Below, piece by piece: positions 8,362-16,930 of a stretch of DNA of 64,000 nucleotides. The position numbers and the translations under genes are program-made. The notes beneath the pieces are model-generated. The model worked only from the letters and a program-made list of their open reading frames with translations. It was not told the origin of the DNA and did not search any database. This DNA comes from Actinomycetota bacterium (GTDB lineage Bacteria; Actinomycetota; Thermoleophilia; Gaiellales; Gaiellaceae). The stretch's first letter is position 1. Each line of letters begins with the position of its first letter. The stretch lies in NCBI GenBank assembly GCA_005884575.1, contig VAWW01000026.1, positions 8,575-72,574 on the forward strand, given 5' to 3'.

Positions 8362-8636
8362 ACGAATGCGTACTCGATCATCCCGGCGATGACCAGGTAG
8401 GCGAGCAGCGCCCAGCGGCCGACCTGGAAGAACCGCCACCACGCGAAGTCGCGCACGCGTGCGAGCAGCATGAGATTGACGCCGAACAGGACTGCGGAGG
8501 CGACCAGTAAACCGACCGCGACCCCCAGCGGCGCGCGGCGCGGCAGGTACGACGCGAGGTAGATCACGGCGACGATCACGAGCACCATCGACGCGGCGGC
8601 GACCTCTGTCACCGGCGGCAGGCGGCGCTCCGTCAC
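8229..8636 (-). CDS. hypothetical integral membrane protein (about 4 TM helices)
   Basis: Last 135 codons of ORF 8229..9092. The GTG at 8636 overlaps the upstream TGA (GTGA). Hydrophobic segments include MVLVIVAVIYLASYL, VAVGLLVASAVLFGV, ALLAYLVIAGMIEYAF and VLVVMTLLLVMFAANV. Confidence 0.6.
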   Translation of the reverse strand: MTERRLPPVTEVAAASMVLVIVAVIYLASYLPRRAPLGVAVGLLVASAVLFGVNLMLLARVRDFAWWRFFQVGRWALLAYLVIAGMIEYAFVYDRTRGSVLVVMTLLLVMFAANVPVILAFTVARFQAPRPAAER

Positions 8637-9232
8637 GACGCGAGCCTCGTCATGATCACGAGCGTCGCGACCTGCATCGCGCCCGTGATCCCGGCGGTGT
8701 AGACGAATCGCTTCATCAGCTTGTCGATCACGCGCCCGTCTGGCTGCGGCTTCTTCAGCTCGAAGAGGACGGCGAGATTGGCCGGCTCGAGATACGTGAG
8801 CGCGATCGTGGCCATCACGCCGACGACGATGAACGACGCGACGATCCAGCCGTGGCGCGGGTACGAGGTGTCGAGATAGCCCGACTTGCGCGCGAGCTGG
8901 AAGCCGGACGCGAGCGTCATCGTCACGAGCGTGGGGATCAGCAGCAGCATCTTCGGCATGAAGCGCGTGGAGAACTCGATGCGCGCCGGAATCGACATGC
9001 GGCCGATGATCGGGCCGACGACGAAGCCGACGAAGAGGTCGATCCCCGTCCAGAGGCCGCCGCCGACGACGTGGAAGAAGTTGAGCGCCCACAGCTCGTT
9101 CGATGCGATCGCGGCGATTACGCCCGCGATCGCGAGCGCGACGAACGAGAGCCCGCGGAGGGGCACGATGCTGAACGCCGGCACAGCCGGCCGCGGTTGG
9201 GTCCCGTGCGTCTCTTCGGCGACGGCGGTCAT
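8633..9232 (-). CDS. hypothetical integral membrane protein (about 4-5 TM helices)
   Basis: ORF track, 199 aa, ATG start. It has clear TM segments and good codon bias. I recognise no family motif. Confidence 0.7.
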   Translation of the reverse strand: MTAVAEETHGTQPRPAVPAFSIVPLRGLSFVALAIAGVIAAIASNELWALNFFHVVGGGLWTGIDLFVGFVVGPIIGRMSIPARIEFSTRFMPKMLLLIPTLVTMTLASGFQLARKSGYLDTSYPRHGWIVASFIVVGVMATIALTYLEPANLAVLFELKKPQPDGRVIDKLMKRFVYTAGITGAMQVATLVIMTRLAS

Positions 9233-9291
9233 GGCGGGCCGGAGGATATACGGGCCGGCTGCCGGACCTCGCGCTCGGCCGAACGAGACAA

Positions 9292-9325
9292 GACCCGGGA
9301 CCTGCCCCGGGGTAGGTCCCTAGAC
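9292..9325. repeat. family-1 palindromic repeat, copy C
   Basis: GACCCGGGACCT-GCCCCGGGGT-AGGTCCCTAGAC. The centre CCCCGGGG is itself palindromic (a hybrid of both loop orientations). Confidence 0.8.
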
Positions 9326-9423
9326 ATGGCCGCCAGATCGCCCCTTGGGACGTGACCGCCGCGGGCAGCGGTCACGCACAGGAGCGGACTCGCGCGCGGA
9401 TTTCTCGACCGACCCGCGACCAG

Positions 9424-9454
9424 GCGGGACCTGGACCGGGGGAGGTCCCGGGAC
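9424..9454. repeat. family-1 palindromic repeat, copy D (inverted loop)
   Basis: GCGGGACCT-GGACCGGGGG-AGGTCCCGGGAC followed by GTGGC. The loop is the complement of that in copies A, B and E. Confidence 0.8.
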
Positions 9455-9489
9455 GTGGCTCCTTCGGCCGTGGACTACGCCCATGCGGG

Positions 9490-10443
9490 CTACGTCCGTG
9501 ACGAGAGCAGCGCCTCGATCTCGTCGGCGGTGCCCATATCGTCGGCGCAGCCGAGTCGCGACGCGACCAAGGCGCCGGCGGCGTTCGCGAAGCGGAGGGT
9601 TCGCTCGAGCGGCCAGCCGCTGAGCAGCGCGTGGCACAGCGCGCCGCCGAAGGCGTCGCCTGCGCCGAGGCCGTTGACGACCTCGACCGGGATCGGCGGC
9701 ACGACCACCTGGTCGTCACGCGTCGCACCGAGCACGCCCTCCGGGCCCAGCTTTACGACTGCGAGCTCCGGACCGAGGTCGAGCAGCGCGCGCGCCGTCT
9801 CCGACGGCGAGAGGTCGCCGACGAGCGGCACCGCCTCCGTCCGCCCGCCGACGACGACCGTCGCACGCGCCACCGCCTCGCGGCCCCACCGCCCGGCCTC
9901 CTCCCCGGAGCTCCAGAACACCGGCCGGTAGTCGAGGTCGTGCACGGTGTGCGCGCGCCGGCCGCGCGCGTCGAGCGCGGCGAGCGTCGCCGTCCGGCTC
10001 GGCTCTTCCGACAGGCCCGTCCCGGTTGTCCAGAACAGGTCCGCCGCAGCGATCTCGTCAAGATCGAGCTCCCCAACGTCGAGCGTCATGTCGGGTGCCG
10101 TCGGCTGGCGGTAGAAGAGGATCGGGAAGTTGTCCGGCGGGAAGATCTCGCAGAAGACGACGGGCGTCCGCAGCGTCGGATGCGTCCCGACGCGCGACGC
10201 ATCCACGCCGAACTCCCCGAGCGCCTGCCGCACGTACGGCCCGAACGGATCGTCCCCGACCTTCGTGATGACGCCGCTTCTCCGACCCAGCCGCGCCGCG
10301 GCTACGGCGACGTTCGTCGCGCTGCCGCCGAGCATCTTCCGGAAGGTCCGCACCTCCGCGAGCGGCACGCCGATCTGCTCCGGGTAAAGGTCGACGCCGA
10401 CGCGTCCCATGGTCAACACCTCGAACGCCATCGCAGCGAACAT
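9490..10443 (-). CDS. iolC: PfkB-family sugar kinase, 5-dehydro-2-deoxygluconokinase-like
   Basis: ORF track, 317 aa. Motifs LTMGRVGVDLYPEQ, GGSATNVAVAAARLG and NGLGAGDAFGGAL. An alternative ATG lies at 10431. Confidence 0.75.
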   Translation of the reverse strand: MFAAMAFEVLTMGRVGVDLYPEQIGVPLAEVRTFRKMLGGSATNVAVAAARLGRRSGVITKVGDDPFGPYVRQALGEFGVDASRVGTHPTLRTPVVFCEIFPPDNFPILFYRQPTAPDMTLDVGELDLDEIAAADLFWTTGTGLSEEPSRTATLAALDARGRRAHTVHDLDYRPVFWSSGEEAGRWGREAVARATVVVGGRTEAVPLVGDLSPSETARALLDLGPELAVVKLGPEGVLGATRDDQVVVPPIPVEVVNGLGAGDAFGGALCHALLSGWPLERTLRFANAAGALVASRLGCADDMGTADEIEALLSSRT

Positions 10444-10453
10444 ATCGCTGGGT

Positions 10454-10459
10454 TAGGGT
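10454..10459 (+). promoter_or_regulatory. candidate -10 box of a leaderless adenosine deaminase transcript
   Basis: TAGGGT lies 7 nt upstream of the ATG at 10467. Only 23 bp separate the divergent start codons of iolC and add, leaving no room for a 5' UTR. Confidence 0.35.
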
Positions 10460-10466
10460 TGGGCGC

Positions 10467-11507
10467 ATGGAATACGGCGAGTTCCTCCGCAGAGTTCCCA
10501 AGGTCGAGCTGCACTGCCACTTCGAGGGCACAGTCCGCGCGGCGACAGCGGCCGACCTCGCGCGCAAGCACGACATCGCGCTCCCGACCGACGACGTCGA
10601 GAAGCTCTACGACTACGACTCGATCTACGAGTTCCTCAAGATCTTCGCGCTCGTCTCCTCGGCGCTGATCGACCAGGAGGACTTTGCGCGCACCTCCTAC
10701 GAGTCGCTCGAAGACGGCGTCAAGCTCGGCAACCTCAAGTACCGCGAGATGTTCTTCAACCCGACGCTGCACACGTCGCGTGGCGTCCCGTACAAGACGG
10801 TCGTCGACGGGCTCGTCGATGGGATCCACGCGGCGGAGAAGGACTTCGGCGTCCGCTGCCGCCTGATCGCGGACGTCTACCGGCAGGATCCGCCCGAGCA
10901 GGCGCGCGAGATGGTCGAGCAGGTGCTCGAGCACCGCCCCGACGAGCTGATCGGGCTCGGGATGGACGGCGCCGAAGCGCCCGACCCGCCCGAGAAGTTC
11001 GTCGACGCGTACCGGCTCGCGAAGCAGGGCGGCCTGCGGCTCACCGCACACGCGTGCGAGGACGCGCCGGCGAAGAACATCACGACGTGTCTCGACGTCC
11101 TCGGCATCGAGCGGATCGACCACGGCTACCACGTGCTCGGCGACGACGCGGTCGTCCAGCGCTGTCTCGACGAGGGACTGACGTTCACGGTCTGTCCGAC
11201 CGCCACGGCCGTGTGCTATTTCGACCCCGACGACCTGACGAAGCATCCGATCCGCGAGATGGCCGAGCGCGGCCTGAAGATCATGCTCAACTCGGACGAC
11301 CCGACGATGTTCCACACGGACATCGGCAGCGAGTACGACCGGATGACCAGGGCGGCCGGCTGGCCGCCCGAGCGGATCCGCGAGTTCGTGCTCAACGGCG
11401 TCGACGGCGCGTGGCTCTCGGACGACGAGAAGCGGACTATGCGGAAGGCGTTCGAGCAGGAGCTCGACGAGCTGCAGGCACAACTGGATCAGCCGGCGCG
11501 CGCGTAG
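10467..11507 (+). CDS. add: adenosine deaminase
   Basis: ORF track, 346 aa. Motifs PKVELHCHFEGT, RLTAHACE, IDHGYH and LNSDDPTMF. Confidence 0.9.
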   Translation: MEYGEFLRRVPKVELHCHFEGTVRAATAADLARKHDIALPTDDVEKLYDYDSIYEFLKIFALVSSALIDQEDFARTSYESLEDGVKLGNLKYREMFFNPTLHTSRGVPYKTVVDGLVDGIHAAEKDFGVRCRLIADVYRQDPPEQAREMVEQVLEHRPDELIGLGMDGAEAPDPPEKFVDAYRLAKQGGLRLTAHACEDAPAKNITTCLDVLGIERIDHGYHVLGDDAVVQRCLDEGLTFTVCPTATAVCYFDPDDLTKHPIREMAERGLKIMLNSDDPTMFHTDIGSEYDRMTRAAGWPPERIREFVLNGVDGAWLSDDEKRTMRKAFEQELDELQAQLDQPARA

Positions 11508-11515
11508 CCGTCCAT

Positions 11516-11896
11516 ATGCGGCACGATGCTCGCTTCGGGCTGGTGTACGCGCTGCTGGCGGCGTCGCTCGTAGTGGCGGGACTCGTCGGCTACGCTGCAT
11601 GGGATTCGCATCTGTCGCCTCGGCTGCCTACCGGGCGATGCTGGACCCGCGGCGCGGATCTCGGAGGCGCGCTCTACGAGGCGGCGCGGTGCCGGTTCGG
11701 CGTCGCACACGTGGATCGTCTCGGCTGGATGCCCTACCTCGGCGCCCGCGCGAACGAGACGCTGGCCGAGGTCGCCGTGCTCGACCCGCTCGGCCGGGCG
11801 AGCTTCTGGGTCGCGCAGTACGGCCGCCCGCCGGACGGCTCCGGGGTCGAGGTTCGCCGCTGGACGACCTGCCCGGCGTCGAACATCTACTGCTAG
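11516..11896 (+). CDS. hypothetical membrane-anchored protein
   Basis: ATG at 11516 inside track ORF 11054..11896. The N-terminal TM reads FGLVYALLAASLVVAGLVGYAAW. It has four Cys and no recognised family. Confidence 0.55.
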   Translation: MRHDARFGLVYALLAASLVVAGLVGYAAWDSHLSPRLPTGRCWTRGADLGGALYEAARCRFGVAHVDRLGWMPYLGARANETLAEVAVLDPLGRASFWVAQYGRPPDGSGVEVRRWTTCPASNIYC

Positions 11897-13090
11897 GCGT
11901 AGAGCTCGAGAAACGCGCCGAGGATCTCGTCCGCGGCGGCGTGGTCGTTGACGTTGGCATCGACCTCGCGCAGGTCGATGTCGCGCCGGAGATTCGCGCG
12001 GATCGCATCGAAGAGCGCAGCGTCGGCTTCCGCGTCAACGAACGGCCCGTCCGTGAGCTCATAGGACGAGCACCCACGGAGGGGGAGCACGACGGCCGCC
12101 GGCCCCCCGGCGGCATTGACGCGCTCTGCGAAGACCGTCCCGGTCGATGCGGACGGCGCAGACGCTCGGGTTGTGCACGACGATCCGGCGCTGCTCCAGA
12201 CGGGGCGGAACGGTGTCGCGCGCGCCGAAGTTGACGAACTCGGTCGCGCCGGGGACCGCGACGAACGGGAGGCCGCGCCTGCCGGCGACTGCCAGCCGCT
12301 CCGGACCCGCGTCGAAGATCCCGCCCAGCTCATGATCGGTCAGCTCGTGCGTCGTCACGTCGCAGACGCCGTCGACGAGCCCGTCGGCGACCATCTCCTC
12401 GAGCGCCCGGCCGCCGGTACCGACGGCGTGGAAGACGATCGTCTCGAATCCGTTCTCCTCGAGCCCGGCCTGCACCCGGAGCACGCACGGCGTCGTCACG
12501 CCCATCATCGTCAGTGCGACGAGCGGGCCGTCCGCGTCCGCGGACCGCGCCGGCGCTGACGCCATGGCCGCGATCGCGCTCGCCGCGTTCCCGAGAATCG
12601 TCCGCGAGACCCGGTTCAGGCCGGCGATGTCGGTCACCGGTGAAAGGACGGCGATGTCCCGCGTGCCGACGTCGACACCAGCGCTCGTGCCGGCCATCGT
12701 GCTGACCAGCAGCTTCGGCACGCCGACGGGTAGCGCGCGCATCGCCTCGGCGATCACCGCCGAGCCGCCGCTGCCCGCGAGCCCGAGGACGCCGTCGCAG
12801 CGACCTTCCTCGCGCAGCCGCCGCACGAGCGCCGCCGCGCCGCGTCCCATCACCGCCAACGCGTGAGCTCGCGTGTCGGATCCCTCGCGCGCGAAACGCA
12901 GCGCCTCCAGCCGCTCGCCGCCGAGCGCGGCAACCTGCGCCGCGCGAATCTCCGCCTCGAACGCCGGGTCGCCGAGCACGCCGACGTCGACGACGAGCGG
13001 CTCGACGCCGGCCTCGCGAAGGAGGTCGCGCACATACGCGTACTCACGGCCCTTGGTGTCGAGCGTCCCGATCAGGACGATGGTCGTCAA
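11893..13090 (-). pseudogene. UPF0261 (Tm-1-like ATP-binding) protein interrupted by a frameshift
   Basis: N-terminal 310+ aa lie in ORF 12059..13309 (TTIVLIGTLDTKGREYAYV...VHNPSVCAVRIDRD). The C-terminal ~80 aa lie in ORF 11893..12333 (VFAERVNAAGGPAAVVLPLRGCSSYELTDGPFVD...). Frames switch near 12136-12141. The span is 1198 nt = 3n+1. The TTG start at 13090 overlaps the upstream TGA. Confidence 0.8.
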
Positions 13091-13917
13091 CGAAGGCGCA
13101 ACGCCTTGAACGCGCGAACGACGCCCGCGACCGCCCGCTCGACCGGGATTCGCTCGATCGACGACGCGCCGAGGTAGCCGTCGACCGGCACGCGCTCGAA
13201 GAGGGCGCGCACGCTGTCCGGATCTTCGAACGGACCGCCGTGGCCGACGATGAGGACGTCGTCGCGGGTAGAGACCGCAGCGTCGCGCATTCGCTCGGTC
13301 GCGGCACACGCCTCGTCGAGCGACAGTGTCTCCTCCGCCCCGATCAACCCGCCGCTCGTCAGGCCGACGTGCGCGCCGACGACGTCTGCCCCCGCCTCGG
13401 CCATCGCACTCGCCTCCTCCGGCGTGAACGCGTAGGCGACCGTGAACACGTCGCGCTCCCGGCAGAGCCGGATCAGGTCGATCTCGCGCGGATACCCGAG
13501 GCCGGTCGCGTCGATGTGGCGCCGAAAGTCGCCGCTGTAGAGACCTGCGGTCGGCACGTTCGTGATCCCCGAGAAGCCGACGGCCAGGTACTCGTCGAGC
13601 AGTCGCTCGACGTCGCGGTACGGATCGGCCGCGCCGATGCCGCCGACGACGGGCGTGTCCTCGACGACCGGCAGGAGCCGGCGGCCGAGCTCGAGCGTGA
13701 TCCCGTTCGCGTCGCCGTAGGCGAGGTAGCCGGCGAGCGAACCCTGCCCGTCCATCCGGAACGGTCCGGTGTTGTAGGCCATCAGAACGTCGATGCCCGC
13801 GCGGTCCGCCGCCTTCGCGACGAGGCCGGTCCCCGCGCCGCCGAGGACGAGCGGCTCGCCGCGCGCTCGAACGGCGCGCAGCCGCTCGAGAATCTCGGCC
13901 CGCGCGAATTGCCTCAT
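13087..13917 (-). CDS. PEP-hydrolase-like TIM-barrel protein (usual partner of UPF0261)
   Basis: ATG at 13917 (Met27 of the track ORF). Motifs GGAGTGLVAKAADRAGIDVLMAYNTGPFRMDGQGSLAGYLAYGDANG and PVVGGIGAADPY. Confidence 0.85.
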   Translation of the reverse strand: MRQFARAEILERLRAVRARGEPLVLGGAGTGLVAKAADRAGIDVLMAYNTGPFRMDGQGSLAGYLAYGDANGITLELGRRLLPVVEDTPVVGGIGAADPYRDVERLLDEYLAVGFSGITNVPTAGLYSGDFRRHIDATGLGYPREIDLIRLCRERDVFTVAYAFTPEEASAMAEAGADVVGAHVGLTSGGLIGAEETLSLDEACAATERMRDAAVSTRDDVLIVGHGGPFEDPDSVRALFERVPVDGYLGASSIERIPVERAVAGVVRAFKALRLR

Positions 13918-13975
13918 CGCGAGCGACTGTAACGCGTGCTCAGTCTCCGGCAACCACAGAATCGGGGAGGCCGCG

Positions 13976-14475
13976 ATGCCTGCTGCGCATATCAACGGCG
14001 TCGAGCTGTACTACGAGCTGACCGGCTCCGGCGAGCCGCTCGTTCTCGTCCATGGCTGTGGGGTGACCGCCACTGGGATCCCGTGGTATCCGCGCTCGCC
14101 GAATCGTTTCGCGTCCTTGCCTACGACCGGCGCGGGCACAGCGCCAGCGAGCGACCGGCCGGGCAGGGCAGCGTGTTCGAGGATGTTGATGACCTCGCCG
14201 GGCTGATCGACGAGCTGGGTCTCGCCCCGGCGCACGTCGCCGGCAACTCCGCCGGCGCTGCGATCGTGCTGGACGCGCTGGCGGCCCTTTGGCAGACCGG
14301 CGCTGTTGACCAGCGGGACCGAGAGCGCCCCTTCTTCGGACCAGTGGTGGACACAGTGGCCGAGCCCCTGCCGCGATCCGAGCGCATCACGATTGACGGC
14401 GCGGACCACGTACCTCACATCAGCGTCCCGGGACGCTATGTAGAGCTCGTCAGGACGTTCGCCCGCAGAGGCTAA
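13976..14475 (+). pseudogene. decayed alpha/beta-hydrolase (frameshift plus internal deletion)
   Basis: ATG at 13976 with SD GGGGAGG. MPAAHINGVELYYELTGSGEPLVLVHG is in one frame. WGDRHWDPVVSALAESFRVLAYDRRGHS...AGNSAGA...GADHVPH is in another, with the switch at ~14057. Only ~50 aa separate the nucleophile elbow from the catalytic His motif, so ~90-100 aa are missing. Confidence 0.75.
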
Positions 14476-15554
14476 GGCCCCGACTTGGTCGTGTCGGCCG
14501 GCGGCTCGGACCCGCCGCCGACGCTATCGAGCAGCACCTTCGCCCGCCGCTCGCTGAAGCCGGCGATGAAGGCCAGCGTCGCGTAGAAGTAGACCGTGTG
14601 CGGCACGTCCTTGACGAAGTCGAGCAGGCCGGCCTGCACCGCGAGATAGAGCGCGAGCGCGAACAGCGCTCCGATCCACGGGCGCAGTCCCCCGAGGAAG
14701 CGAACCGACTTCCGGCCGACCTCGAAGTCGATGCCGAAGCCGTTCTCCTTCGCCATGCGCGTCATCACGCTGAGGATCGCGCCCGAGGCGCCCATGGCGA
14801 TGACGACGAACAGCGTGTAGGTCGCTTCGTCGCCCGGATCGAGCCACCCGAGTCCCCAGCTGAGGAGGAACGCGAAGCCGAGGAACGCGGCGAGCACGGC
14901 CGTGCCGAACAGCATCCCCTTGAAGTAGACGATGCGGGCGGAGTTCTCCGCGGCCCGGGTGTAGTACCGCTTCACCTCTTCCTGCTCCGTCGCCTGCTCT
15001 GCGAGCACGGTATCGAGCGGCGGCACCTCCTGGTCGCGGTCGACGAAGCCCAGCAGCCGGGCGCCGGCGGTGAAGACCCAGTTCATCGCGATCTTCTCGC
15101 TCGTGTCGCGGAGGACCTCGCCGGCCTTGATGCCGATCGTCTCCCAGCGGTGGAGGCACAGCGCGACGGCCGGCGCGCTTGAGGTGCGCCAGTCGGTCGC
15201 GGTGTGGAGACGGATGATCGTGTCGCGTCGGTAGAGCCTCGCCGGCCGCCGCCTGCCGAGCTTCTCGGTCAGCGCGGCGCCGGACGCCTCGTAGCGGCAC
15301 CAGTACGACTCGACGATCTTGCCGTGCTCGCGCTTGAAGATGCCGAGACGGCGGCGGTACTCCTTCTCCCAGGGACCGTCCGGGTCGCCCTTCATCACCT
15401 CGTCCTGCCGCTGCGCGTGCGCCCAGACGAGCTCGGCGAACGAGACCGACTCGTCGGGAGTCGCGGGCGGAGCCTCCTCGCGCGCGAGCACCAGATCCCA
15501 GAAGCGTCGCCACCAACCGTGCGGTTGCTCGAGCGGCTGCGTGAATTCGGACAC
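14472..15554 (-). CDS. hypothetical protein: ~215-aa soluble N-domain plus 4-TM C-terminal domain
   Basis: ORF track, 360 aa. GTG start with GGAGG 8 nt upstream. TM segments include MLFGTAVLAAFLGFAFLLSWGL, YTLFVVIAMGASGAILSVM, WIGALFALALYLAVQAGLL and VYFYATLAFIAGF. No recognised family. Confidence 0.7.
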   Translation of the reverse strand: MSEFTQPLEQPHGWWRRFWDLVLAREEAPPATPDESVSFAELVWAHAQRQDEVMKGDPDGPWEKEYRRRLGIFKREHGKIVESYWCRYEASGAALTEKLGRRRPARLYRRDTIIRLHTATDWRTSSAPAVALCLHRWETIGIKAGEVLRDTSEKIAMNWVFTAGARLLGFVDRDQEVPPLDTVLAEQATEQEEVKRYYTRAAENSARIVYFKGMLFGTAVLAAFLGFAFLLSWGLGWLDPGDEATYTLFVVIAMGASGAILSVMTRMAKENGFGIDFEVGRKSVRFLGGLRPWIGALFALALYLAVQAGLLDFVKDVPHTVYFYATLAFIAGFSERRAKVLLDSVGGGSEPPADTTKSGP

Positions 15555-15629
15555 GTCACGACCTCCGTTGACCGATCCCGCCGCAGTCCCTCCAGGGTAC
15601 GCCGCCTTCGGCGCGGATTCCAGACCCGG

Positions 15630-16178
15630 TCAGAATCCCGAGACGTGCGAGTCCAGGACACGCTCGACGAGCTCGTCCTGCCGTGCGAGCAGTCCACGGC
15701 CGAGCGCTGCGTACGCGTTCTGGAAGACGGACCCGGACCGGGTCGCGGCGAGCGTCGTCCAGTCGCTGCGGCTCAGTTGGGTGCCGGGCAAGCGATCCCG
15801 GTAGCCGTAGATCTCCGCCACCTGCGCGACGCGGCCGCTGCCAGCCTTCGGCTGCGCGCTGAGCAGGACGTAGTCGGTGACGGCGTAGCCGAACGATTGC
15901 CACTCACCGCCGACGTCAGACCCGACGTATGCGCGCAGCTTCGCGCCGATCGCCGCGCTCCTCGTCGTCCAGTCGCGATAGGCGTTGTTCCAGGCCTGCT
16001 GCTCGCCCGGCCCGGCGACGAGGCCCGCTGCTACGAACCGGCTCGTCGCGACCGCACTGCTGACGGCTGTGCTCATGTCCGAGACGAGCCCCGTCTGGAT
16101 CTCCAGCGCCTTCTGGTGGTCCTGCCATTGGCGCGTGATCTGCGGCAGCAGCCAGCTGCCGAGCAACGCGGCGACCAC
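15630..16178 (-). CDS. hypothetical protein, probably N-terminally membrane-anchored
   Basis: ORF track, 182 aa (GTG start). The in-frame upstream codons (…AWSSQIGPWLSNPLLVT) would complete a TM helix but contain no ATG/GTG/TTG. The true 5' end is therefore uncertain. Confidence 0.55.
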   Translation of the reverse strand: MVAALLGSWLLPQITRQWQDHQKALEIQTGLVSDMSTAVSSAVATSRFVAAGLVAGPGEQQAWNNAYRDWTTRSAAIGAKLRAYVGSDVGGEWQSFGYAVTDYVLLSAQPKAGSGRVAQVAEIYGYRDRLPGTQLSRSDWTTLAATRSGSVFQNAYAALGRGLLARQDELVERVLDSHVSGF

Positions 16179-16348
16179 GGTGACGAGCAGCGGATTCGAG
16201 AGCCAGGGGCCGATCTGGCTGCTCCAGGCAACCCGGCTCTTGGCTTCCCGTGTGCCTGCGTGCTGCGTTACGGCCTCCTCCGGGGGTTGGAGCGCAGCGG
16301 CAGCGAGCGTAGCATCGGGGTAAGACAGCCATATTCAAGGAGCGTGCC

Positions 16349-16930
16349 ATGGGAAGACTCCGCCGCCGTCCCTCCCCTGCGCTCGTCGTCGCGTGCCTTG
16401 CGCTCGCCGTCGCGCTGGGCGGTACCGGCTATGCCGCAATCGTCCTACCGGCGAACAGCGTCGGGACGAAGCAGCTCAAGAACGGCGCCGTCGTCGCGAC
16501 GAAGGTGAAAATGCACTCGCTCGTCGCCGAGAATTTCAAGGACGGCCAGCTTCCGTCCGGTCCGCCCGGGCCGAAGGGCGCCGACGGGCTTGCGGGCGCA
16601 GCGGGACCGGCCGGGCAGAACGGCAAGGACGCGACGAAGCTGTTCGCGACCGTGAAGAAGAAGGCGGGCGGCGGCGGCATCGAGCTCGGCCCGTCGAGCG
16701 GCGTCTCCGGGCAGCCGAAGAAGGAAGCCGGCGTCGGCGTCTACAGCCTCACCTTCGACCAGGACGTCTCGAACTGCGCGGTGCTCGCGATTCCGGGCGG
16801 CAAGGACATCGCCGACGGCGAGGTCTCGGCGAAGACCAGCGGCGGCAACAAGGTCGTCGTCCAGACCTTCGCGCCCGACGGCAGCGGCTCGACCGACCTG
16901 GACAGCTTCACCGTCGCACTCTTCTGCTGA
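16349..16930 (+). CDS. secreted protein with a short collagen-like (G-X-Y)8 segment
   Basis: ORF track, 193 aa. AAGGAG lies 7 nt upstream of the ATG. The signal peptide reads RRRPSPALVVACLALAVALGGTGYA, followed by GPPGPKGADGLAGAAGPAGQNGKD. Confidence 0.75.
   Translation: MGRLRRRPSPALVVACLALAVALGGTGYAAIVLPANSVGTKQLKNGAVVATKVKMHSLVAENFKDGQLPSGPPGPKGADGLAGAAGPAGQNGKDATKLFATVKKKAGGGGIELGPSSGVSGQPKKEAGVGVYSLTFDQDVSNCAVLAIPGGKDIADGEVSAKTSGGNKVVVQTFAPDGSGSTDLDSFTVALFC

Noticed and set aside
16349-16930. Collagen-like protein as evidence for a prophage (tail fibre).
   Set aside because: No capsid, terminase, integrase, portal or other phage-type genes occur anywhere in the window. The G-X-Y run is only eight triplets.
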